A stretch of DNA of 32,000 nucleotides from Candidatus Electrothrix sp. GW3-4. Its GTDB lineage: Bacteria; Desulfobacterota; Desulfobulbia; Desulfobulbales; Desulfobulbaceae. This document shows, piece after piece, positions 10,205-17,759 of this stretch. The position numbers and the translations under genes were made by a program. Each line of letters starts with the position of its first letter. Position 1 is the stretch's first letter. Under the pieces are notes generated by a model. It saw only the letters and a list, made by a program, of their open reading frames with translations. It was not told where the DNA came from and made no database searches. The DNA lies in the NCBI RefSeq assembly GCF_037902255.1, contig NZ_CP147990.1:690001-722000 (forward strand). The letters are read 5' to 3'.

Positions 10205-10410
10205 TAGGAACTGTTTGCATTAGTTGTCGGCGCATGATATTTTTTTAATAAAGCGCAGTATATTTTTCAGGATATAAGGCGGTTGCCTTGCGGAAACCTA
10301 TTGTCTATGCTTTAGTACCAAGAGCCCTTTTTATGCCAAGGCGTTGGCTGGGCACATTGACCGCCGTAAAAGTAGCTGCATTTACTCATTATTACCTGGA
10401 GGAAGATTTT

Positions 10411-11199
10411 ATGTATGTTCTCACATTTCGGATTGTCGCTTTGCTGGCAGTCCTTATGACGATGGCTTTTCCCCCGCACGCGCAGGCTGCGGAAAGTATG
10501 TCTGAATTGGTCAACAGAGCAGGGATGCAGCGTATGTTGTCGCAGAGGATCGCTAAGGCCTATTTTTATCTCGGCAATGATGTCTCTGTAAAAGAGACCA
10601 AGCTCCAGCTGGATATGGCCATTGAGCGATTTCAAAAGAATCATGCCCTGCTGAAGGCAAACGTGCAGGATGCAGAGACCAAGGAGCTGCTCTCCTTTGT
10701 AGAAGATAATTTTTCCCAATATCTTGATTTGGTGACGAAACCCTATAACCAGGAAAACGCAACTCGCGTTTTGGCCTTAAGCGAAGCCCTGCTGGAGGTC
10801 TGTCATTCAGTTGTTCTTAATCTTGAAGATCAGTCAGGTGCCCATGATGATCATATTATTAATATTTCAGGTAAACAGCGCATGCTCTCCCAGCGGGTCT
10901 CAAAGTTTTATATTGCCTATCAGGCCGGATTCCGGGACGATAACACGGTGCATAGTTTGAATAATGCTATTGAAGAGTTTGAGTCTGGCCTGAAAAAATT
11001 GATGAATGAAGGGCGTAACACTGAGGAAATTGATGCCCTGCTTACGAAGATTAAAACAGAGTGGGAGAGGATTTCTCCGTATTTTCTCAAGGTCCGCAAG
11101 GGTGGCCTGCTGCTCATGGTACTGACAACGACTGACGATCTTACCAAGATGTCAGATCGGCTGACTAAGCTGTATGTTGATAAAATTGTTGCCAAATAG
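10411..11199 (+). CDS. Secreted stand-alone PilJ/NarX-type (type IV pili MCP N-terminal-like) sensor-domain protein, paralog 1
   Basis: RBS GGAGGAAG 6 nt before the ATG at 10411. Signal peptide MYVLTFRIVALLAVLMTMAFPPHAQA. Two copies of the motif, (A)GMQRMLSQRIAKAYFY and GKQRMLSQRVSKFYIAY. No transmitter or MCP signalling domain is present. Confidence 0.75.
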   Translation: MYVLTFRIVALLAVLMTMAFPPHAQAAESMSELVNRAGMQRMLSQRIAKAYFYLGNDVSVKETKLQLDMAIERFQKNHALLKANVQDAETKELLSFVEDNFSQYLDLVTKPYNQENATRVLALSEALLEVCHSVVLNLEDQSGAHDDHIINISGKQRMLSQRVSKFYIAYQAGFRDDNTVHSLNNAIEEFESGLKKLMNEGRNTEEIDALLTKIKTEWERISPYFLKVRKGGLLLMVLTTTDDLTKMSDRLTKLYVDKIVAK

Positions 11200-11335
11200 G
11201 AGCGGTAATCCCTCTTTTACTTTGTAACTCCTTTGAACTGGTTGGGCGATAGACAATATGATGTCTGCTGGATAATGTGAGCCCATGTCCGTCGCTATAT
11301 CGCTGCACTATACTTTCCACCTGGAGGAAGATTTT

Positions 11336-12130
11336 ATGTATGTTTTCACACTTCGGATTGTCGTTTTGCTGGCAGTCGTTATGACGATGCCTTTTCTCCC
11401 GCACGCGCAGGCAGACGAAAATATGTCTGAATTGGTCAATAAATCAGGAATGCAACGGATGCTGTCGCAGCGGATTGCCAAGGCCTATTTCTATCTCGGT
11501 AATGATATTTCTGCGAGAGAAACGAAGTTGCAATTGAATATGGCAATTGAGCGGTTTAAAAAGAATCATGCCCTTTTGAAGGAAAAAGTACAAGATAGCG
11601 AAACAAAGGATCTTCTCTCTTTTGTTGAGGAGACCCTTTCCGAATACAGTGATTTGGTCAATAAACCGTATAGTCAAGAGAATGCGGCTCGCGTCTTGGC
11701 CTTAAGTGATACCCTGCTGGAGGTCTGTCATTCAGTTGTTCTTAATCTTGAAGATCAGTCAGGGGAGCATGTGGATCATATCGTTAATATTTCGGGTAAA
11801 CAACGTATGCTCTCTCAGCGGGTCGCAAAATTTTATATTGCCTATCAGACCGGATTCCGGGATGAGGATACTGTTCATAAGTTGAATAATGCTGTTGAGG
11901 AGTTTGAGACAGGGTTAAAAGAACTTATGAGTGAAGGTCGTAATGATCGAGAAATAAACGATCTTCTTGTCAAAGTAGAAAAAGAATGGGAAAGAATCTC
12001 CCCGTTTTTTCTCAAGGTTCGGGAAGGTGGCCTACCGATCATGGTGTTGACAGCGACTGATGAGATCACCAAACTGGCGGACCGAATTACTTCTCTCTAT
12101 GTAGAGACTGTTGGCAAAGAGGGCAGGTAG
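11336..12130 (+). CDS. Secreted stand-alone PilJ/NarX-type sensor-domain protein, paralog 2
   Basis: Same RBS and start context (CTGGAGGAAGATTTTATGTATGTT), signal peptide and double MQRMLSQR motif as paralog 1. Roughly three quarters of residues are identical by eye. Confidence 0.75.
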   Translation: MYVFTLRIVVLLAVVMTMPFLPHAQADENMSELVNKSGMQRMLSQRIAKAYFYLGNDISARETKLQLNMAIERFKKNHALLKEKVQDSETKDLLSFVEETLSEYSDLVNKPYSQENAARVLALSDTLLEVCHSVVLNLEDQSGEHVDHIVNISGKQRMLSQRVAKFYIAYQTGFRDEDTVHKLNNAVEEFETGLKELMSEGRNDREINDLLVKVEKEWERISPFFLKVREGGLPIMVLTATDEITKLADRITSLYVETVGKEGR

Positions 12131-12499
12131 CTTAGCTTCTTTTTTGTTCAGCAACTCCTCTGGGTGATGGGTGATCTGGGTGATTTTTTCCAGTGTAGCC
12201 CACTATACAAGGCGTGATTCCTCCCCAGCTTCCTTTGGCGCAGGGGGGCATGTCCCTTGGCGTTTTGACAGTTTTTGTTTTCTTTTGTCTTCTGGTTCCC
12301 TTCCATGCTGTTTTCCCCACTGACAGCATGGAGCGTGAGAGGTCGCTCCCATCCTTTGTTTGGAAAGGATTACAGAATGAGGGAGGGCGCGTAGGGAGCT
12401 TGCTGTTGTGCGCGTTATGTAGTATAGGTTGAAAAACTGACTGTCCCATGATAATCAGGAGCAAAACGAGATAAAAAACAGATCTAGAGAACAGCACCT

Positions 12500-13534
12500 A
12501 TGAAATACTCCCGCGTCTGCCTTCACAGCTTTGGCTATGAATTGCCGCCCAATATAGTGACCTCGGCTGATCTTGAGCAACAGCTCTCGTCCGTCTATAG
12601 ACGGTTGAAGCTCCCGGAAGGCCGTCTTGAGTTGATGAGCGGTATCCGCAGCCGACGATTTTGGAATCCAGAAACCCTCCCCAGTGAAGGAGCTATTCTT
12701 GCCGGACGCAAGGCCCTGCTTGCCTCGGGACTCACCGCCTCTGATATTGATTTTATGGTCTTCACCTCGGTGAGTCGGGATATGATGGAGCCTGCCACGG
12801 CCTCTTTTGTCCATCATGGTCTCGGGTTGGGGAGCCGTTGCCAGATATTTGATATCTCCAATGCCTGTCTTGGTTTCCTCAACGGTATGCTCATGCTGGC
12901 CAATATGATTGAGCTGGGCCAGGTCCGCTACGGTTTGATTGTGGCCTCTGAGACGGCCGAGGATTTGGTTTGTTCCACTATTGAGCAGCTGCAGACAGAT
13001 GACACCCTGACCCGCAAGACCATCAAGCCTGCCTTTGCTTCGTTGACTATCGGTTCAGGGGCCGTTGCCCTGGTTATGGGCTCAAAGAAGGTTCAAGATA
13101 CCGGCCACCGGCTGGTTGGCGGCTCCTGGCGGGCCAATACCCGTCATAATGATCTTTGCCACGGGGGACAGAATGGAGGGGATGGTACCTTGATGAGCAC
13201 GGATTCTGAGGTCCTGCTGGAAAAAGGGGTTGAAACAGCGGAGTTCTGCTGGCAGGATTTTCAAAAAGAAACCGGTTGGAGCAAGGAAAAGGTCGATCGT
13301 TTTTTCTGTCATCAGGTCGGACAGGCCCATGCAAAGAAGCTGTTCTCCACCCTTGAGCTTGATCCTGAACGGAATTTTGAGACCTTGCCAGTGCTGGGCA
13401 ATGTGGGATCGGTGTCTGCACCCATCACAATGGCTATGGGGATAGAAAAAGGTAAGCTTAAACAGGGGCAGCGGGGAGCGTTATTGGGAATCGGTTCCGG
13501 GATCAACTCGGTGATGCTGGGGATTGAGTGGTAA
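12500..13534 (+). CDS. FabH-like thiolase-fold condensing enzyme, OleA-like
   Basis: Motifs TSVSRDMMEPATAS, ISNACLGFLNGM (active-site Cys), HQVGQAH, GNVGSVSAP and a LLGIGSGINSVMLGIEW C-terminus. This pattern closely parallels Xanthomonas OleA as I recall it. Confidence 0.8.
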   Translation: MKYSRVCLHSFGYELPPNIVTSADLEQQLSSVYRRLKLPEGRLELMSGIRSRRFWNPETLPSEGAILAGRKALLASGLTASDIDFMVFTSVSRDMMEPATASFVHHGLGLGSRCQIFDISNACLGFLNGMLMLANMIELGQVRYGLIVASETAEDLVCSTIEQLQTDDTLTRKTIKPAFASLTIGSGAVALVMGSKKVQDTGHRLVGGSWRANTRHNDLCHGGQNGGDGTLMSTDSEVLLEKGVETAEFCWQDFQKETGWSKEKVDRFFCHQVGQAHAKKLFSTLELDPERNFETLPVLGNVGSVSAPITMAMGIEKGKLKQGQRGALLGIGSGINSVMLGIEW

Positions 13535-14412
13535 TGGAACGTTTTTCCTCCGGGCTTGCCCAGTATCCTTTTACCCCAAAGACCTTCCAAACAGCTGACG
13601 GACATCAGCTTTCCTATCTTGATGAGGGGACTGGGCCGACCGTGGTCATGGCCCACGGCAATCCCTCCTGGTCCTATCTGTACCGCAATCTGGTGACAGC
13701 ATTAAAGTCCGATTACCGTTGCCTGGTACCGGATCATCTGGGCTGTGGCCTTTCTGATAAACCGCAGGACTATCCCTACCTTCTCCAAAATCATATCGAT
13801 AATTTTACGGCCCTGCTTGATAACCAGGGTATTGAACGCTGTGTCCTGGTGGTCCATGACTGGGGTGGGGCCATCGGGATGGGCTGGGCCGGACAATATC
13901 CTGAACGGGTGGCCGGGCTGGTGGTGCTCAACACGGCGGCTTTCCACTCCCGTCACATCCCCCTGCGGATCGCGGTGTGCCGTTGGCCCCTCCTTGGTGC
14001 CCTGCTCGTCCGGGGTCTGAATGGTTTTGCCCTGCCTGCCACCTTTATGGCAGTGCGCAAGCGGATGCAGCCCGAGATCAAGGCCAGCTTTCTTGCCCCC
14101 TATAATAACTGGGCCAGGCGGGTAGCGGTCCATGGTTTTGTCCAGGATATTCCCTTGCAAGCCAGCCATCCCTCTTGGAACAGCCTGAGCCGGGTGGAGG
14201 ATTCTCTTACGCAGCTTCAGGATAAACCTATGCTCATCTGCTGGGGCGGAAAAGACTTCTGCTTTAATGATCATTTCTATGCCGAGTGGCGCCGACGTTT
14301 TCCACATGCAGAGGCCCATTATTTCCCAGAGGCTGGCCATTATGTGCTGGAAGATGCCCTGCCCCAGGTGTTGGAACAGCTTCAGCCCTTTCTTCTCCGC
14401 TGCCATGTCTAA
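13534..14412 (+). CDS. Alpha/beta hydrolase of the haloalkane-dehalogenase-like subfamily (OleB-like)
   Basis: HGNPSWSYLYRNL, VVHDWGGAIG (nucleophile Asp context) and EAGHYVLED (His). The ATG overlaps the upstream stop (TAATG), implying translational coupling. A GTG at 13528 is an alternative start. Confidence 0.85.
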   Translation: MERFSSGLAQYPFTPKTFQTADGHQLSYLDEGTGPTVVMAHGNPSWSYLYRNLVTALKSDYRCLVPDHLGCGLSDKPQDYPYLLQNHIDNFTALLDNQGIERCVLVVHDWGGAIGMGWAGQYPERVAGLVVLNTAAFHSRHIPLRIAVCRWPLLGALLVRGLNGFALPATFMAVRKRMQPEIKASFLAPYNNWARRVAVHGFVQDIPLQASHPSWNSLSRVEDSLTQLQDKPMLICWGGKDFCFNDHFYAEWRRRFPHAEAHYFPEAGHYVLEDALPQVLEQLQPFLLRCHV

Positions 14413-14456
14413 CCCCACATGGCGCTCCCTGTTGCCTGCCATGGTGATCGAAAAAG

Positions 14457-14918
14457 ATGCAGAATAAGTTTCTCGGTACGGGAGAACAGGGCTTTCGCCC
14501 GATCCGCAAGATCCGGGTGGCCTTATCAGGTCTCCGTTATGCTGTCCTCTTTGATTTTGCGGTTGGCTATAAGGTCGTCCTGTCCGCCGTGACCCTGGCA
14601 GGCTGCTTTTACTACCGCCAATGGCTGGACTTCAGCATGGTCTTTATGGCCACTGGCTTTATGCTGGCCTCAGAGATGTTCAACACCACGGTTGAGGCGC
14701 TTTGTGATTTTCTGGAGCCCCATGAGAATGAACGGATAGCCATTATTAAGGATATCTCGGCTGCGGCTGCGGGTGTCAGTATCCTGGTCTGGTGTCTTGT
14801 TCTCGGTATTGAAGCTGTGCAGGTATTCCGTCACATTGACAGATCTCCCCTTGTTTATCTTGATCCTACATTCCGCATACCCCTTACCCATTTTCAGAAT
14901 ATAGTCTCAACTTTCTGA
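14457..14918 (+). CDS. dgkA: Prokaryotic diacylglycerol kinase family protein (DgkA-like lipid kinase)
   Basis: 153-aa polytopic protein with SEMFNTTVEALCDFLEPHENERIAIIKDISAAAAGVSIL, which resembles the DgkA catalytic segment. Confidence 0.75.
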   Translation: MQNKFLGTGEQGFRPIRKIRVALSGLRYAVLFDFAVGYKVVLSAVTLAGCFYYRQWLDFSMVFMATGFMLASEMFNTTVEALCDFLEPHENERIAIIKDISAAAAGVSILVWCLVLGIEAVQVFRHIDRSPLVYLDPTFRIPLTHFQNIVSTF

Positions 14919-15306
14919 CTTGATCTATCACGTTGAGTTTGCGGAGGTGAATGACAGTAGCAGCCTCGTCAATTATTGATTACACTACGCTCATTTGCAA
15001 TTGTTTGATGAAGAAGTGCAATGATTTTAAAAGGGTTTTTCTCTGTTAAAAATGGAGACTTTGCTCTTTTTGATAGTTATAACAGAATATTGATCAGCTC
15101 AGAAAGTTGAGATATAGTCTTTCATATCTCCCACCCAACAGCTTGAGCAGACGGTGCTCATATTTCGACCAAGTTGTTTGCGTTCCGAATGGTTAGATAT
15201 CAGCGACTGTCCTCCATTCTCTCTTGACAGAAGAAAGACAGCGTTTTAGTCTTCAATTTATAGTTTTTCTGTAGTTATCTTTAATATTCAGGAAAGGAGA
15301 ACTGCT

Positions 15307-15384
15307 ATGGCAACTATCATCGGAGGTACGGTTTCCCCATCAGGATCCCTACCTTTTCCTCTCTTCAAGATAAAGGCGGTTTGA
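15307..15384 (+). CDS. Possible 25-aa micro-ORF (MATIIGGTVSPSGSLPFPLFKIKAV)
   Basis: AGGAGA RBS 7 nt upstream. The stop lies 3 nt before the next ATG. There is no homology evidence. Confidence 0.2.
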   Translation: MATIIGGTVSPSGSLPFPLFKIKAV

Positions 15385-15387
15385 GGT

Positions 15388-15597
15388 ATGCAATCGTCTG
15401 GTTTCGTTTCTTGGCCCGGCGCTTGCCTCATCATCTTTGTTTTTGTCATCGGTATCATCTGTGAAACACTGTCGAACAGGATGGATCCAGAGACGGTTCT
15501 TCGCTCTATGATGCGGAATGTGATTCCATTATCCTGTCAATGGGCGGGTCTCTTTCTTACCATTGATTTTATTATCGAGTGGCTGCTCAGTATATAG
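15388..15597 (+). CDS. Small (69 aa) predicted two-TM membrane protein, unknown function
   Basis: GAGG RBS. Two hydrophobic segments: CLIIFVFVIGIIC and AGLFLTIDFIIEWLL. Lies directly upstream of the SPFH gene. Confidence 0.35.
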   Translation: MQSSGFVSWPGACLIIFVFVIGIICETLSNRMDPETVLRSMMRNVIPLSCQWAGLFLTIDFIIEWLLSI

Positions 15598-15757
15598 GCA
15601 AGGGCTGGTCAGGAGACGATTTCCATCTGCAAACATAAGCCGATCTGTTATGTTCAGGAGATGAGCAAGAGATCCTGGCCTGCAAGGGATGCGATGTGCT
15701 GATGGTTGCAGGCTGCGGTGAAGTACCAGGGGATAATCAGGAAGACAAGGGGGATGC

Positions 15758-17743
15758 ATGAACGTTCAGGTGCGGGAACAGGGAAACAAATTCTGGAAAT
15801 TCATCCGGATGATCGCTCGGGTTGCCGGAAATGGCGGCAGGAAAAGGGGGCGCTTGCAACAGACGATCCTCCTCCTCCTGCCGCTGTTCTATGTCATGAT
15901 CGGCTTTGTCTCCATCGACAAAGGGCAGGTCGGGATTGTCTTTGCCAAATTTGGCAGCAAACCGGCGGTGGCTGAACGCTTTATCGTTGAGGAGGGGGAA
16001 CAGGGCTATCGGCGGGAGGTGCTTATGCCGGGCATGCATTTCTACTGGCTTCTGGAGCCGCTTTGGAAATATACGATCAAGGAGGAACCCTTCACCACCA
16101 TCCAGACCGGCATGATCGGGGTGGTCAATGCCAAGGACGGGTATCCCATGCGACCCGGTCAGATCCTTGCCGACTCAGACAGCTATGAAGAGGTCACTGA
16201 GGACGGGCGCAAGATCAAGAAATTTAAGATGGGCCAGAAAGGTCCACGCCTGGAGGTTCTCAAACCGGGCAGCTACCCGATCAATACCGCTTATCTGGAG
16301 ATAAAGCCCTTTCCGTCAGTGCAGATCCCCGAGGGGAGTCTCGGCGTGCTGACCAGGCTGTACGGTGATGAACCGCCCCAGGGGACCATTCTGGTCTCCA
16401 AGGAGAGTGAATTCCGGGGGATCATCCGCGAGGTCTTACAGCCGGGTACCTATTACATCAATCCCCAGGCCTATAAACACGAGATCGTCGAGGCGGTGAA
16501 GATTGACAAGGGCCAGGTTGGGGTAGTCACCAAGCGGGTGGGTAAGGTGCCGCCGGAGGGAACTATCCTGGTGGATGCCAATGATGCGTTTCAGGGTATC
16601 CAGAAGCAGGTTCTGCAGCCAGGTATGTATTACATCAATCCCTATGAAAAATCTCTGCGCATAGAAGATGCGGTCTTTGTCCCGGATGGGCATGTGGGGG
16701 TGCAGATCGCCAAGACCGGGATCGCCAAACCCGTGGATCAGCTCTTGGCCAAGGAGGGGGAACGGGGCATCCAGGAGGATACCCTGCCACCGGGCCTCTA
16801 TTATCTCAATCCCTATGCCACCCAGGTGGTGAACATTGATATCCGCCAGCAGCGTTATGAGATGACCTATCTGGAAGGCCAGGGCGACACCCAGCAGAAC
16901 GATGCCATTGTTTTTTACTCGGATGACGGCTTTGAGATTGCCATTGACGTAACCGTGCTCTTTCAGGTCCTGCCCCATGATGCCCCCTATGTGGTGGCCA
17001 CCATCGGTCGGGATGTCCAGGATATCAAAGAGAAGATTATCCGTCCCCAGGCCCGTTCCTATGCCCGAATCCTCGGTTCCCGGTACAAGGGCGAGGATTT
17101 TGTCCACGGCGCGACCCGGGAGACCTTTCAGAACGACATCCATAAGGAGCTGAAGGTCAAGACCCTGGAGAGCAGGGTCCAGATGAATCAGGCCCTGGTC
17201 CGCCATTTCGAGGTCCCGGCCCAGTTGCGTCAACCTATCACCGATAAGGTCATTGCCCTGAAGATGCAGGAAAAGTTCGAGCAGGAGCAGAAGACCCAGC
17301 AGGCCAATGCTGATCTGGCCCGGGAAAAGGAAAAGGTCAACTTTGAGTCTGCCAAGGTGGTGGCCGAGACCAAGAAGGTCAAGGCGATCATCAGTGCTGA
17401 GGAAGAACGGGCGGTTGAGGAGATCAACGTGGCCAAGAAGGAGTTCATCGCCCAGGGTGAGGCCAAGAAGATTCAGATCGGTGCGGATGCGGCCCTCTAT
17501 GAAAAGGAAAAAGAGGCAACCGGTATCCTGGCCTTAGGTAAGGCCAAGGCAGAGGCTAAGAAATTGGAACTGGCCGCCTATCAGGGGCAGGGCGGACAGC
17601 GTTTTGCCGAGGTGGAAAAGGCCAAGGCGCTGGGCAGCGGTATTGAGAAAATCTATTATATTCCCTCTGATATGAGCATCAATGCCATTGCCAAGGACTT
17701 TGAAAACGCGATTACGGTGGGACTGCCGGATAATAAGAAGTAA
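15758..17743 (+). CDS. SPFH/band-7 (flotillin-like) membrane-anchored protein with five tandem N-terminal repeats and a C-terminal K/E/A-rich coiled coil
   Basis: N-terminal TM ILLLLPLFYVMIGFVSI. Repeats contain GxVGV...LxPGxYYINP. The core FYSDDGFEIAIDVTVLFQV and the C-terminal AKKEFIAQGEAKKIQIGADAALYEKEKEATGILALGKAKAEAKKLELAAY are flotillin-like. Confidence 0.8.
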   Translation: MNVQVREQGNKFWKFIRMIARVAGNGGRKRGRLQQTILLLLPLFYVMIGFVSIDKGQVGIVFAKFGSKPAVAERFIVEEGEQGYRREVLMPGMHFYWLLEPLWKYTIKEEPFTTIQTGMIGVVNAKDGYPMRPGQILADSDSYEEVTEDGRKIKKFKMGQKGPRLEVLKPGSYPINTAYLEIKPFPSVQIPEGSLGVLTRLYGDEPPQGTILVSKESEFRGIIREVLQPGTYYINPQAYKHEIVEAVKIDKGQVGVVTKRVGKVPPEGTILVDANDAFQGIQKQVLQPGMYYINPYEKSLRIEDAVFVPDGHVGVQIAKTGIAKPVDQLLAKEGERGIQEDTLPPGLYYLNPYATQVVNIDIRQQRYEMTYLEGQGDTQQNDAIVFYSDDGFEIAIDVTVLFQVLPHDAPYVVATIGRDVQDIKEKIIRPQARSYARILGSRYKGEDFVHGATRETFQNDIHKELKVKTLESRVQMNQALVRHFEVPAQLRQPITDKVIALKMQEKFEQEQKTQQANADLAREKEKVNFESAKVVAETKKVKAIISAEEERAVEEINVAKKEFIAQGEAKKIQIGADAALYEKEKEATGILALGKAKAEAKKLELAAYQGQGGQRFAEVEKAKALGSGIEKIYYIPSDMSINAIAKDFENAITVGLPDNKK

Positions 17744-17759
17744 ATAAAGAGGTGAAACC

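Larger units (their letters stand above)
10396..12130 (+). repeat. Tandem gene duplication (two units of about 925 bp), including the RBS/leader
   Basis: Unit 1 is about 10396-11199 and unit 2 about 11321-12130. A 52-nt block is perfectly identical in both (10787-10838 = 11712-11763), although the flanking sequence has diverged. Confidence 0.85.

Noticed and set aside
10288-10410. The N-terminal extension of the first PilJ-domain ORF (TTG start at 10288), and the equivalent extension at 11285 for the second.
   Set aside because: Both paralogs share a strong GGAGGAAG RBS and an ATG that begins a typical signal peptide. The upstream extensions are not conserved between the copies.
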